Positions 34,380 to 44,202 are shown, counted from the stretch's first letter. The stretch: DNA of 64,000 bases from Deinococcales bacterium (GCA_031414595.1 JANNVX010000088.1:29787-93786); one strand, 5' to 3'. The notes: a model not told the origin generated them from the letters alone. Numbers and translations are program-made.

Positions 34380-36025
34380 GCTTTAACCTTCATTGTCGCT
34401 GCCTCGAGTTCGTACAACCGCTCGAGGGCTGCCGTGTCGCCACCCTTAGCGGCTTTTACCAGACTGGACAATATCAGCCGGTCAGCTTGGCTCGAGGGTC
34501 GCATTGCTAAGAACCGCGTCTCGAGTTCAGGGGTCAGAGTTGCACCTACTCGTTTTGCTGTGGGTTTCGACACTGGCAAAACATAATTATGTCCATCTTT
34601 GATAATTGCACCTTGCTGCTCGAGCAGTTCAAGGGCTGTTTGAATTTCGGTTTGAAATGCACCATGTTCAAAACTCAGTTCACGGTATAAGTTCACTGGG
34701 GTTATCCGGCGCTTTGCTTTGATAACCTCGAGTGCCAAAACCGTCAAATCATTTGATGCAGTTGAATCATTTGATGCAGTGGCTTGTGCATGAAATGATT
34801 CGCTGTCTATAACGCTGTTCTTGGCATTTGATGTAGTGGATTGCATAGCAAGCGTATCCCCTGTACCCCTTGCTCTAACTTCTGACTGCATGAAATCGGC
34901 TTTATGCGTGATTGACGCAGTAACATTTGATGTAGTGCCGACTGCATGAAATGGGAGTGACTGCATCAAATCATCTTGGCTCGAGTCATCGCTTTTTGTG
35001 GGTAAGGCTTTAAGTCTGTACGAAAGTGGCGCACCCTTTCCAATCCCTTTGATGGTCTCGAGCCGATCACCAAAGCCACCAAAAGCACGGCGCATAGCTT
35101 CATCTGCCCATCGCTCTTTGATGTTACCGCCTGATATTGCCACTTCAAGCAATTCTTTACGGCTAAAGGTCTCACCCGCTCGAGCCTCGAGAAAGCGTGT
35201 CACGGCTTTTTCCGCTCTGTCCTGCCCGTTGTTCTCGGAGTTGGGAAGGTCACACCGTTCAACTCTGACCAAGTAAGCAGGGTCTATGTCATCGCCCTCG
35301 AGAACCAAGCGCACACCAAAAGGCTCGAGTCTTTGGGCAAAACTTTGTTTATGGACTTCCCAGCGAAGTGTATTTTGACCATCACATTCTTTTGGGTCAA
35401 CTCGAGACAGGATATGTACCGCTCGAGCCTGTGCGCTCTTGGCAACACTTCCCATAATGCCCCTGTCGCCGTCTTTCTCCCCTGCCATGCGTTTAGGAAT
35501 GTGGTCAGTGATAATCACGGCTGCTTTGGTCTTGGCTGCCAAGTTACGAAGTCCAGCCATCGGTTTCATGGTTTGCTCGAGTCGGTTTATATCGAGTCCG
35601 GGGAACGCACCCATGTACGAATCAATCACGATGACTTGGGTCCCACTCTCCAAGGCGTGTAAGGTCAGGTTCTCGAGGTCGTCAGGGGTCAAACCACCAT
35701 CAGACGGCTCGAGAACCGCAATCTTTGAGATGTCGCCATCTGGGTAAGCGGCTTTGTGTTTCTCGAGCCAGTGGCGTACCGTTCGGGATTCGCCATCAGG
35801 TGCATCAGTATTTACATAGATACTTGAGCCATGCGGCACACGCCAGCCAAGGAACTCACCACCGCGAGGGCGTGACATCTGCCAAAGAAGCCCTGCGAGG
35901 ATCGTAGTTTTGCCAACGCCCTCACGCGCTCCAAAGAATGAAGTAAAGCCAAGCGGGAACACATCAGGTACAACAAAGCGGATGACCTCGAGAGGTGCAG
36001 TTAAATTGACCATCTTCAAAGCCAC
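34376..36025 (-). CDS. RecA/DnaB-like replicative ATPase (AAA_25 / RepA-like) with C-terminal wHTH-like region
   Basis: Walker A GAREGVGKTT, Walker B VIVIDSYM, DnaB-C/RepA-like core. 549 aa. Confidence 0.75.
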   Translation of the reverse strand: MALKMVNLTAPLEVIRFVVPDVFPLGFTSFFGAREGVGKTTILAGLLWQMSRPRGGEFLGWRVPHGSSIYVNTDAPDGESRTVRHWLEKHKAAYPDGDISKIAVLEPSDGGLTPDDLENLTLHALESGTQVIVIDSYMGAFPGLDINRLEQTMKPMAGLRNLAAKTKAAVIITDHIPKRMAGEKDGDRGIMGSVAKSAQARAVHILSRVDPKECDGQNTLRWEVHKQSFAQRLEPFGVRLVLEGDDIDPAYLVRVERCDLPNSENNGQDRAEKAVTRFLEARAGETFSRKELLEVAISGGNIKERWADEAMRRAFGGFGDRLETIKGIGKGAPLSYRLKALPTKSDDSSQDDLMQSLPFHAVGTTSNVTASITHKADFMQSEVRARGTGDTLAMQSTTSNAKNSVIDSESFHAQATASNDSTASNDLTVLALEVIKAKRRITPVNLYRELSFEHGAFQTEIQTALELLEQQGAIIKDGHNYVLPVSKPTAKRVGATLTPELETRFLAMRPSSQADRLILSSLVKAAKGGDTAALERLYELEAATMKVKA

Positions 36026-36028
36026 AAC

Positions 36029-36685
36029 TCACCACCCACCCTTAGAGGCTTTCCAACTTTTACCGCTCGAGCGTTCGGGCTTACTGGGTGCTGGTCTGTC
36101 CTCAAGTTGCCACGGGTTACGAACACCAGAACGCAAACTACTTTGCACCGTGGCGCGTACTCGGTGAGGCTCGAGACCAGAGGATAGTCCAGCGTCCTCG
36201 AGTTGGCTTCTAAAGGCTTCGGGGTCAACATCGTGACCAGATGCCAAGCCACCGACTTTGTACGCGGCTTTGGCAAGTTCGGCTTGTCGTAAACCCTGCC
36301 CACTTGGGAGGCTCGAGACACTAAGGCAGACCTTAGAAACCCAAGACTCGAGACGTGACCGAATATCACGGGCTTGGTACGGTTTAGGACTACTCTCGAG
36401 GTCGCCAGCCCAAAGGTATACCGCTCCGTAATGGCAGATATGCCCAAGTTCAGGAAAGGCAATCACTGCGCCGTAGTCATCACTCGAGCGATACGCGGTT
36501 AGGGCTATGCCATCGGCTAATAAGTCAGGGGTTGCACTCGAGACAGAAAAGCCAGCGCGTTCAAGCTCACAAATTGCGCCGCGTAGTACATCACGGTCAA
36601 AGGTGTGGTGTCGCACGTTGCACCGCCTTTGCAAACTCGAGTGGTGCGTCCTTGACGGCTTCATTTGGCAGTGTGGGTAGGTCAT
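36029..36685 (-). CDS. hypothetical replication-associated protein (primase/Prim-Pol-like position)
   Basis: 218-aa ORF directly upstream of the ATPase, as in P4-like and PICI-like elements. No catalytic motif confidently recognised. Confidence 0.35.
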   Translation of the reverse strand: MTYPHCQMKPSRTHHSSLQRRCNVRHHTFDRDVLRGAICELERAGFSVSSATPDLLADGIALTAYRSSDDYGAVIAFPELGHICHYGAVYLWAGDLESSPKPYQARDIRSRLESWVSKVCLSVSSLPSGQGLRQAELAKAAYKVGGLASGHDVDPEAFRSQLEDAGLSSGLEPHRVRATVQSSLRSGVRNPWQLEDRPAPSKPERSSGKSWKASKGGW

Positions 36686-36793
36686 CCCAGTTTGTAGCCT
36701 GAGTAATTGGCTTTAAGTTTTTGACTCGAGGTGCTACAATTCTGGTATCAGTTTGTGCAGTTCTCGAGTGTCCCGTGTTGCCAGCACGGGACA

Positions 36794-37015
36794 TTATTTT
36801 GCACCTTGCTCGAGGATATTCTTAACAAAAGTTTCAAGTTCTGCTCGAGGAATATACGCACGGTTTCCGATTCGTATTGCTTTAAGTTTTCCTTCTCGCA
36901 CAAGTTTATAGGTGCTATCCCGCCCAATTCCTAAGAACTTTGCTGCTTGGTGGGTGTTCACCATCAATGGTGAATCAATAGGGGTAAGTGTCGCCGCCGT
37001 TTCTGGTAACGTCAT
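36794..37015 (-). CDS. xis: AlpA/excisionase-family HTH DNA-binding protein
   Basis: LMVNTHQAAKFLGIGRDSTYKLVREGKLKAIRIGNRAYIPRAELETF is the typical HTH_17/excisionase pattern. Confidence 0.8.
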   Translation of the reverse strand: MTLPETAATLTPIDSPLMVNTHQAAKFLGIGRDSTYKLVREGKLKAIRIGNRAYIPRAELETFVKNILEQGAK

Positions 37016-37264
37016 AAAGCATCTCCTGATGCCCTCGAGTGCTGCTTTGGTAGGTACGCTCGAGGTATTTTATTTTTCAAGCAAAGCAGAAATCTCTTCT
37101 CTTTGCTTCGCTCAGTACATTACAGGGCATTAGCGAACGAGTCAAGGAATACCATGCTATACAAGCATAGAATCATACTTTCTTGTTCGGAGTTATAGCC
37201 AACGCAACAGAACGCAGCACGATTAACCCGTTACAAGTACCATCATGTAGTACCACACTGTGTG

Positions 37265-37405
37265 ACCAATAACTCAGAAGATAACCCCAGCGCTTTCATT
37301 GTCTAAGACAGTAAATGAACTACATTTTGTGTTCTTTTTGTTCTGAGTTATTGCTAATTGAGTAAAGTGAACTTCGTGTTATCTGGTATGCCAATAACTC
37401 AGAAC
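37265..37405. promoter_or_regulatory. three copies of CAATAACTCAGAA (two direct, one inverted), candidate operators
   Basis: Copies at 37266-37278 (+), 37341-37353 (inverted) and 37392-37404 (+). They lie upstream of the xis-replication operon. Confidence 0.5.
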
Positions 37406-37408
37406 AAG

Positions 37409-37978
37409 TCATACGCTAAAGTCTATAGTTCGGGCTGTCTCAGTTAGTCTTAAGTGGGTAGTACGAGGTTTAACGTTACCTATCCGCTGCCGCTCAAGTA
37501 ATTTGCGAGATTCTAAACGTCTCACAGCATCAGAAATTGCATTAGGGGCATGGTCATCTAGCCCTCGAGCTTTCAAGAATTCTTTACTACTCCAGGGGAT
37601 TCCAAAGCCTTGCAACTCATGACGTTTTCTTGCTGTGCGAGCTTTTTTTTCGATGCTAAGTAAGTATTTCAAGATTTCAAGTTGTAATTTAGAAAGCTGT
37701 GCGTCAGCATATCGAATCCCTCTGCGTACCCGGCACAATCCCCATAATGGTGATGACCCATCATCTGGTATGTACCAGATGTATTTTAGCCCTTCTTCGA
37801 CAGCGTATTCGGCATTGAATGGTCTTGTTTCACCAATAAATCCCCCTAGTTCTTTTGGTACTCCATCGGGGTCATACATTGGGCTTCTCTTGCCTATAGG
37901 GGCTGCTTCTAATACTGGTCGTAACCGTAAAGGAAATATCCCTTTAGAACCATATCCTCGAGACGCACGACCATTCAT
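37409..37978 (-). CDS. hypothetical protein with C-terminal winged-helix (MarR-like) region
   Basis: LSKLQLEILKYLL ... ISDAVRRLESRKLLERQR. Sits at the right end of the island in a CTCGAG-poor, AT-richer stretch. Confidence 0.45.
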   Translation of the reverse strand: MNGRASRGYGSKGIFPLRLRPVLEAAPIGKRSPMYDPDGVPKELGGFIGETRPFNAEYAVEEGLKYIWYIPDDGSSPLWGLCRVRRGIRYADAQLSKLQLEILKYLLSIEKKARTARKRHELQGFGIPWSSKEFLKARGLDDHAPNAISDAVRRLESRKLLERQRIGNVKPRTTHLRLTETARTIDFSV

Positions 37979-38035
37979 ACTATATCTTACTATATGCTCC
38001 TAACAAAATGATGTAGGACGATTCGGAAGGTTTGA

Positions 38036-38057
38036 CCGTGTGCAACCCGTGTGCAAC
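38036..38057 (+). repeat. tandem CCGTGTGCAAC x2 near attR (candidate integrase arm-type sites)
   Basis: Same word as 26094-26115, same orientation. Confidence 0.5.
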
Positions 38058-38170
38058 GGGCAAAGTTTTTTATAGGAAGACTCAGGATGTTGTAGTAGAA
38101 CAGCTTAGAAAAAACACGCCCTAGACAGCACATACAAAACATTGAAGTAAGATGTAGTATAGAGTTTTCG

Positions 38171-38218
38171 TGATTCGTAATCAGTAGGTCGTCGGTTCAA
38201 CTCCGACCATCGGCTCCA
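38171..38218 (+). repeat. attR core (displaced 3' 48 nt of tRNA-Thr)
   Basis: Identical to 25976-26023. Followed by about 59 bp of 88% similar flank. Confidence 0.85.
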
Positions 38219-38373
38219 GAAGAAAACCCCGTGATGAACGGGGTTTTTAGATTTGCCACTTTAGTTTTATGTTGTGGATTTTTGTGTTGTGATGCAGAAT
38301 TTGGTGCTTATGAATCATGGTTTTGGAAACAAAATTTATGCCAATCAATACCGAATTTTTTTAATCAAGTATT

Positions 38374-38952
38374 TTAGGGCATTTTTACCTTGAGTACGCC
38401 GATTGAATCACGTCCAGACTGACCAACCCGCAGCAGGGCTGTGCTGCGAACAGGCTGCTTAAAACAGACCTTGATGGTTTTACTGCACACACAAAAATCT
38501 GCCTCAATCTCGAGCGGATACTCACCTCGAGCCGCATTCTTGGGGATTTGCAGAGGAATCTCGAGGATATTGACCTTTTCCCAGTATTCGCTTGGCAACT
38601 CTGACCAAGGTGTCCCTGAAAATGCACTGCTGCTAAACGGCTTGGTACGATTAAAAGAGTTGGAAACTCGCACTACATTTGGGGCTGTGCGGCTGAGGGC
38701 AATATCAGCCTCGAGCGCTACCCTGAAACGCAAAATGGCTGGTTTGTCTGGTATGGCATAGACAAGCGACTGTTCAGCTTGGCTGCTGCTGACCAAAAGT
38801 AGACCAATCCATTTATGATTGTTTAACCACATAGACCACACCACCAGAATGCTCAATCCAAGCCCGTTCAAACATACAGTTTTTTCACTGCCCACTCCAT
38901 GTCTGACCAGCGTCAAAACTGGCATAAACCTGTCCAACATCAGAAACACCAT
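38374..38952 (-). CDS. hypothetical secreted protein (DsbD-N/DsbC-like thiol-disulfide domain, tentative)
   Basis: C-terminal IPLQIPKNAARGEYPLEIEADFCVCSKTIKVC resembles the DsbD N-terminal domain. The true start is probably internal (about 38832-38871), because the maximal ORF overlaps the upstream gene. Confidence 0.4.
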   Translation of the reverse strand: MVFLMLDRFMPVLTLVRHGVGSEKTVCLNGLGLSILVVWSMWLNNHKWIGLLLVSSSQAEQSLVYAIPDKPAILRFRVALEADIALSRTAPNVVRVSNSFNRTKPFSSSAFSGTPWSELPSEYWEKVNILEIPLQIPKNAARGEYPLEIEADFCVCSKTIKVCFKQPVRSTALLRVGQSGRDSIGVLKVKMP

Positions 38953-39787
38953 AGATATTTTTGTTGTTTTTTGGATTGACCGCTAAAAGAATAAAAGCCT
39001 CTGGTGCTTTTAATTCTGCCCAACTTGTGCCATTGTCACTCGAGCGCAAAATACTGCTGTTCGATAAGCTAATCAAAATTGCCCCAGAGGTTTCGACCGC
39101 AATGGTCAATGGCTGACCATCAACTTTAATTTGCTTCCAAGTTGTTCCACCATTGCTCGAGCTAATTAAACCTTGGTCTTGAGTTACGGCGTAAAGAACA
39201 GGTGGCACACCTGTGGCAGCCACAATTTTGTAGGCTTGAGTTGTAGCTTTAGTCACAAAATTCCAGTTTTTTCCACCATCGGTTGAACGGTACAATCCAC
39301 CCCCTGCCAGATTCGCGTATAACCAACCATTACTAGCCACTGTAAAACCATGAATATCTGTACCAGGTAGATTTCCCACACCGGGCTTTTGCCATGTCTG
39401 ACCGGCATCTGGACTGACTGCAAAAAAATCATGTCCCGCCAAAAACACCTTACCCGAATTCACGCCCATACCCATGGCATCACCGCCACCAGCCGCCTCG
39501 CTCCATGTCCGACCGGCATCTTTAGAAACTTGCACACCTGCGTGTTGCCCGTAATAAAGGCTGCCATCTTCACCAACTACTAGGGCGTGTAAATCACCCT
39601 CGAGTTGTGCCAATCGGCTACCGGATGCTTGCCCAGATGGGTTACTCGTACTTGTGGAAGGCAATCTGGACGAAAAAAAACTCCAAGCAAAAACACCAAT
39701 GCCAGCCATTACCAATACAAAAAATACAGCCGTAAAAATCAATGGGCGTTTTTCCGAAGGTTGGGTTTGTTGTTCTGGGTTTTTCAT
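38885..39787 (-). CDS. BNR-repeat beta-propeller protein (Ycf48-like / sortilin-Vps10-like)
   Basis: Six SxDxGxTW-type repeats (SKDAGRTW, SPDAGQTW, STDGGKNW, SSNGGTTW, SSDNGTSW, SFDAGQTW). N-terminal TM anchor. Confidence 0.8.
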   Translation of the reverse strand: MKNPEQQTQPSEKRPLIFTAVFFVLVMAGIGVFAWSFFSSRLPSTSTSNPSGQASGSRLAQLEGDLHALVVGEDGSLYYGQHAGVQVSKDAGRTWSEAAGGGDAMGMGVNSGKVFLAGHDFFAVSPDAGQTWQKPGVGNLPGTDIHGFTVASNGWLYANLAGGGLYRSTDGGKNWNFVTKATTQAYKIVAATGVPPVLYAVTQDQGLISSSNGGTTWKQIKVDGQPLTIAVETSGAILISLSNSSILRSSDNGTSWAELKAPEAFILLAVNPKNNKNIYGVSDVGQVYASFDAGQTWSGQ

Positions 39788-39833
39788 ACTTATTCCTTAC
39801 TTCTGCGGCTATTTTGATTGGTCTATGGCTCGG

Positions 39834-40826
39834 TCAGCGCTTTTCTATTTTTTGCGTTAGCCTTTGAATTGCCACTTGCACCTGACTCGAGCGAGGGTCT
39901 TCTTTAGCGGCAGCTTGCCATGCGGTCAAGGCTTTTTTGTACTGCCCAAGCTGCTCGAGCGCCGTTGCATAATAGGCATTGATTTCACGGCTGTTGGGAT
40001 AGCCTTTAAGCGCAGTCGCCGCGACCCGAATCGTCTGTTGGTACAAGCCAGCTTTATTCCAAGCCTCAAAAGCATCTTGTTGATACCAGTATTGTCTGGC
40101 GGTTAATCCCAAGCTATGGGATTGACTGAAAGCCTTGGCAGACGATTTTGTCAACCCTTGATAGAGGTATGCCTGTCCAAGACCCCACCACGCCGCCGAA
40201 TCGCTGGGGGTATTTTTAAGGCGTAGTCTCGAGTTCTGCTCGAGTCGTTCTAAATTAAGTTGTCTGTTCCAATTCTTACCAAGGATTTTTTGCAGGGCGG
40301 CACGTTGCTTTGGGCGGTAGGCAATCAAATACTCGCCGTTGTAAGGCTTAGAAACAATCGCAAATTCACGGTTGGTTAAACGAAACCTTGCCCCAAACAT
40401 CGAATCGCCAGAAATAATCGAGTTTTGATCAAAACCATAAGCCACCCGAAAATGCCCAATATCGCTGTTGGTTTTTTGTTGCTGATGCAAAATAACGGCA
40501 AAATCAGCTTTGACCAAACTTCGTACCAAATCTGGGGTTATCAACCAACGGCGAATGGTTTGTAGTCCATTGGCTTGCAGATAATTGGCTAATTCTGGGG
40601 TGGTCACATTGCGGTCTGGATAGCTACCTTTCAGCGCTGCCGCAGCCTCGGCTTGAGAAACCCTGATGCCAGCCAGCGACAACGCCATTTTAGCGGTCAT
40701 CGGTCCGCAATTATTTAAGCGCTGAAATTCAAAACCAAGCCCTGATGAAAGGGCATCATTTGATTGCGCGGCAGCCAGACCAAAACCAATCCCTAAAATT
40801 AAAATACTACATTTGAATGCTGTCAT
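39834..40826 (-). CDS. C39-like papain-fold peptidase domain fused to TPR repeats
   Basis: Signal peptide, LNNCGPMTAKMAL (catalytic Cys context), GHFRVAYGF (His). TPR-like C-terminal half. Confidence 0.65.
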   Translation of the reverse strand: MTAFKCSILILGIGFGLAAAQSNDALSSGLGFEFQRLNNCGPMTAKMALSLAGIRVSQAEAAAALKGSYPDRNVTTPELANYLQANGLQTIRRWLITPDLVRSLVKADFAVILHQQQKTNSDIGHFRVAYGFDQNSIISGDSMFGARFRLTNREFAIVSKPYNGEYLIAYRPKQRAALQKILGKNWNRQLNLERLEQNSRLRLKNTPSDSAAWWGLGQAYLYQGLTKSSAKAFSQSHSLGLTARQYWYQQDAFEAWNKAGLYQQTIRVAATALKGYPNSREINAYYATALEQLGQYKKALTAWQAAAKEDPRSSQVQVAIQRLTQKIEKR

Positions 40827-40866
40827 GCTAAACCTCTGGTGATAAGAAAAGGCTTTTAGTGTCAGC

Positions 40867-41472
40867 TTAAATCTTCTTGGTTTTTAACCAACCTTCGTAC
40901 TGCTTAATTTCTTTGCTTTGGTCACTCACCACGGCTTGACCAAATTTCTTGAGTTCCGGGCGCAAGGCGCGTTTCATGGCATCTTTACCCATTGCCACGG
41001 CGTGCTGATGGTGTGGAATCATGCCCTCGAGAAAGGCTTTATCTGGTGCTTGCATCGAATTTTTACTTGTGACATCCATCATTGGTTTCATATCAGCTTT
41101 CATCAGTGCCATTTGCTTAGGGTCTGGTGTGGCTTTGTACCAAGTTTTAAGCCAAGTATTCATTTGTGAGATTTCTTTTGCTTGGGCATTGATAATTTTT
41201 TGTGCCGCAGCTTTAACATCTTTATCTAAGCAGTTCTTAACGCACATTTTTGACATCTCGACTGCACTACGGTGATGTTCAATCATCTGTGACATCCAAG
41301 CTATATCGTAGGCTTTGCCACTCAGAGCCGCCAGTGCTTTGGTACTCGAGTCTCCCATGGTCATCTTGCCCATACCGCCCATATCATGATCCATTTGTGC
41401 TACGGCTGGAACACTAAGGGCTACTAAACCAAGTGTGCCAATAAAACCCAATGCCAATAAAATCTTTTTCAT
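40867..41472 (-). CDS. DUF305 family protein (four-helix, metal-related)
   Basis: Two MIxHHxxAVxM repeats (MIEHHRSAVEMSK, MIPHHQHAVAMGK). Signal peptide from the Met at 41472. Confidence 0.8.
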   Translation of the reverse strand: MKKILLALGFIGTLGLVALSVPAVAQMDHDMGGMGKMTMGDSSTKALAALSGKAYDIAWMSQMIEHHRSAVEMSKMCVKNCLDKDVKAAAQKIINAQAKEISQMNTWLKTWYKATPDPKQMALMKADMKPMMDVTSKNSMQAPDKAFLEGMIPHHQHAVAMGKDAMKRALRPELKKFGQAVVSDQSKEIKQYEGWLKTKKI

Positions 41473-41605
41473 ATGTTTAACCTCGAGCAGTAGCATACAA
41501 AGCCAGTGTTCAGCTCTGATAAAGCTAATTTGTTACTTGTGGAACAGATTTTTTTGACTTATGTTAAGTTTGTGTAAAGTACACTTTTGTGGTTTACAAT
41601 GCGGT

Positions 41606-42289
41606 GTGACCAGAATTTTGGTGGTTGATGACGAACCCAGTGTGCGTGATATTGCCCGTGGCTATCTTGAGCGCGAAGGGTTTGTGGTCTCGAGCGCCGA
41701 AACTGGTTCACAAGGCTTACAACAAATCCTAGAAACAGCCCCACATTTGGTGATTCTCGATCTGATGTTGCCAGAAATGGATGGGCTTGAAATTCTAAAA
41801 CGCCTTCGTCCACATAATAAAACACCTGTGCTGTTACTGACGGCTCGAGGTGAAGAATTTGATCGGGTGCTTGGCTTAGAACTAGGCGCAGATGATTACC
41901 TGACCAAACCTTTTAGCCCCCGTGAATTGGTGGCTCGAGTCAAAGCAATTTTGCGTCGAACCGAGACCCAAAGTAGCAGTCAAGCCTTGCAGCACGGCGA
42001 TTTACGCTTAGACCCACAACGGCACGAAGTGTATTTAGCAGATAAACTGGTACACTTGAGCGCCCTCGAGTTTGAATTGCTTTATACTTTACTGGCTCAA
42101 CCGATGCGGGTTTTTAGCCGCAACCAACTGATTGAGGCTGTTTGGGGCGATGATTTCCCCGGTGTAGACCGTGTAGTGGATGTGCATATCTCGAGTCTAC
42201 GGCGCAAACTAGGCGATGACCCTGAACGTCCACGCTACCTTGCGACGGTGCGTGGGGTTGGCTACCGAATGCTCGAGGCTCGAGGATGA
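41606..42289 (+). CDS. OmpR-family response regulator
   Basis: GTG start giving MTRILVVDDEPSVR. Receiver LDLMLPEMDG, KPF. Winged-helix output VHISSLRRKL...VRGVGYR. Confidence 0.9.
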   Translation: MTRILVVDDEPSVRDIARGYLEREGFVVSSAETGSQGLQQILETAPHLVILDLMLPEMDGLEILKRLRPHNKTPVLLLTARGEEFDRVLGLELGADDYLTKPFSPRELVARVKAILRRTETQSSSQALQHGDLRLDPQRHEVYLADKLVHLSALEFELLYTLLAQPMRVFSRNQLIEAVWGDDFPGVDRVVDVHISSLRRKLGDDPERPRYLATVRGVGYRMLEARG

Positions 42290-43407
42290 ATAACTTGGGC
42301 TTACGCAGTAAAATTCTGGCGGCTTTTCTGGCAGTGATTGCCTCGGCTGGTGTGATTTTGGTCATCACCTTGGAGCTAACTGCGCCAAATTTTTATCGGT
42401 CCCATGCTGAGGAGATGACCCGCACCATGGGCAAAGATGCCATGACCCCAGTCGAAATTCACGCGCTGCAACACGACCTTGAACGCGGTTTTAATCAGGC
42501 TTTAACCCAGTCGCTGTTATTGGCAGCTTTGGTCACGATTCCGTTGGCTATTTTGGTCAGTGCTTTTGTGAGTCGGCGGATTGTTGCGCCCATTTCAAGT
42601 GTTTCAAAAGCCTCGGCTCGAATTGCCGCAGGAGGCTATCAAGAACGGCTACCGACCACCAGCCAAGACGAGCTTGGACAATTAACCGAAAACTTTAACC
42701 GCATGGCAGAGGTTTTAGAGCAAACTGAAACTCGTCGGATTGAACTGCTTGGCACAGTTGCCCATGAACTCCGCACCCCGCTTTCTGGGTTGCTTGGCTA
42801 CAGCCAAGGAATGCTCGATGGAGTCTTTAGTGTTGAACACGCCGCGCCGCGCATCGGTTTGGAAGTCAAACGACTCGAGCGCTTGCTGGACGATTTAAGC
42901 GACCTGAGCCGTGTGGAGGCTGGGGCAGTCCAAATAATAATGCAGCCCGTACAACTCGAGCAGCTTGCTCTTGATTTACACCATCAACTCGAACAGTTGT
43001 TTATGAAAAAAAATCTAAGCCTACAACTCGAGACCGTTCCAGTCTGTGTTCTAGCCGATGCTGACCGATTGCTGCAAATTGGGCATAACCTGTTATCAAA
43101 CGCTTTGCGCCACACCATCTCTGGAACAGTGACAATCCGTGTTTCAAAAGAAGCCGAGTACGGAATTTTTAGTGTGATTGACACGGGACAAGGGATTGCT
43201 GCCACCGATTTACCGCATATTTTTGAGCGTTTCTACCGCGCCAATAAAGCCCGTTCTCGAGACGATGACAGTGTAGGGGCTGGGGTTGGATTAACGATTG
43301 CCAAACACTTGGTCAAAGCGATGCAGGGGAGTATTGAAGTCAAAAGCCAGTTAAGCCAAGGCTCAACGTTTAGTTTGAAGTTTCAAACGTTCAATGGCTT
43401 AACCTAA
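42286..43407 (+). CDS. sensor histidine kinase (HAMP-HisKA-HATPase)
   Basis: H-box VAHELRTPL, N-box LLSNALRHT, G-boxes DTGQGI and GAGVGLTIAK. ATGA overlap with the regulator gene. Confidence 0.9.
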   Translation: MNNLGLRSKILAAFLAVIASAGVILVITLELTAPNFYRSHAEEMTRTMGKDAMTPVEIHALQHDLERGFNQALTQSLLLAALVTIPLAILVSAFVSRRIVAPISSVSKASARIAAGGYQERLPTTSQDELGQLTENFNRMAEVLEQTETRRIELLGTVAHELRTPLSGLLGYSQGMLDGVFSVEHAAPRIGLEVKRLERLLDDLSDLSRVEAGAVQIIMQPVQLEQLALDLHHQLEQLFMKKNLSLQLETVPVCVLADADRLLQIGHNLLSNALRHTISGTVTIRVSKEAEYGIFSVIDTGQGIAATDLPHIFERFYRANKARSRDDDSVGAGVGLTIAKHLVKAMQGSIEVKSQLSQGSTFSLKFQTFNGLT

Positions 43408-43414
43408 CAGCAGA

Positions 43415-44167
43415 TTATAAGCCTGACGGTAAATGCAAGAACTGCCAAGGTAAGTTAAAAGTATCCTCGAGTTTAATGCTTAGGGCTTTGACCCCAAAGA
43501 CCTCGGATTCGTAATGTCCACAAAAAATGGTGTTAATCCCGTATTCAAAAGCATCGGGAAAATTGGCATGGCTCGGTTCGCCTGTAATAAAGCAGTCCAA
43601 GCCCGCTTTAGCCGCTTGGTCTACAAAGCCTGCCGCGCCGCCACTAATAATCCCAATGCTCGAGACCATCGCGTTTCCGCCAGCGTGAACCAAGCAGATT
43701 TCTCCTGTAATTTTTTGAATCGTATCAGCGAGGTCTTGTAAGCTGAGGGGTACGGGTAACTGCCCCATAAAGCCAAGGCTGAGGTTTTTATCCGCGCCAA
43801 AAGGTTCGATATTTTTCAAGGACAATAATTTTGCCAATTGAATGTTGTTGCCAACTTCGGGGTGAGCGTCCAAAGGTAAATGCGAGACGTACAAATTGAG
43901 GTTTCCAGCCACCGCCGCTTTGACCCGTTTAGCCAGAGGTCCGACAATCGGCTGCACATTTTTCCAGAACCAACCGTGATGGACAATTAGAAAATCTGCC
44001 CCAGATTCAACCGCCGCTTCTATCGTGGCGAGGCTCGAGTCTACTGCACAAGCAATTCGAGTCACAGTCTCAGAACCCTCAAATTGCAAACCATTGAGGC
44101 TGCCATCAGGGATTTTTGCAATCTCGAGGTACGAATCAAGCCATTTCACCAATTCAGAACGCTGCAT
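43415..44167 (-). CDS. Nif3-like dinuclear metal center protein (YbgI/GTP cyclohydrolase 1 type 2 homolog)
   Basis: N-terminal DGSLNGLQFEG, ADFLIVHHG, C-terminal GHYESE motif. Confidence 0.9.
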   Translation of the reverse strand: MQRSELVKWLDSYLEIAKIPDGSLNGLQFEGSETVTRIACAVDSSLATIEAAVESGADFLIVHHGWFWKNVQPIVGPLAKRVKAAVAGNLNLYVSHLPLDAHPEVGNNIQLAKLLSLKNIEPFGADKNLSLGFMGQLPVPLSLQDLADTIQKITGEICLVHAGGNAMVSSIGIISGGAAGFVDQAAKAGLDCFITGEPSHANFPDAFEYGINTIFCGHYESEVFGVKALSIKLEDTFNLPWQFLHLPSGL

Positions 44168-44202
44168 GAAGGTATTCTAGGGGAAAAGGTGAAAAGGTTA
44201 AA

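Larger units (their letters stand above)
26024..38218. mobile_element. 12.2-kb tRNA-Thr-integrated genomic island, phage-satellite-like
   Basis: Bounded by exact 48-bp direct repeats. The integrase abuts the tRNA. Also carries an excisionase, a replication ATPase and a TA module. No capsid, terminase, lysis or conjugation genes recognised. Confidence 0.8.

Noticed and set aside
26024-38218. Complete prophage
   Set aside because: At 12 kb it has no recognisable terminase, capsid, full portal, tail or lysis genes. Only short virion-like fragments are present.
38885-39787. Ycf48-like BNR propeller as evidence that the organism is photosynthetic
   Set aside because: BNR/Ycf48-like propellers are widespread outside phototrophs. 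No photosystem or pigment genes occur in the window, so a lineage assignment from this is not justified.
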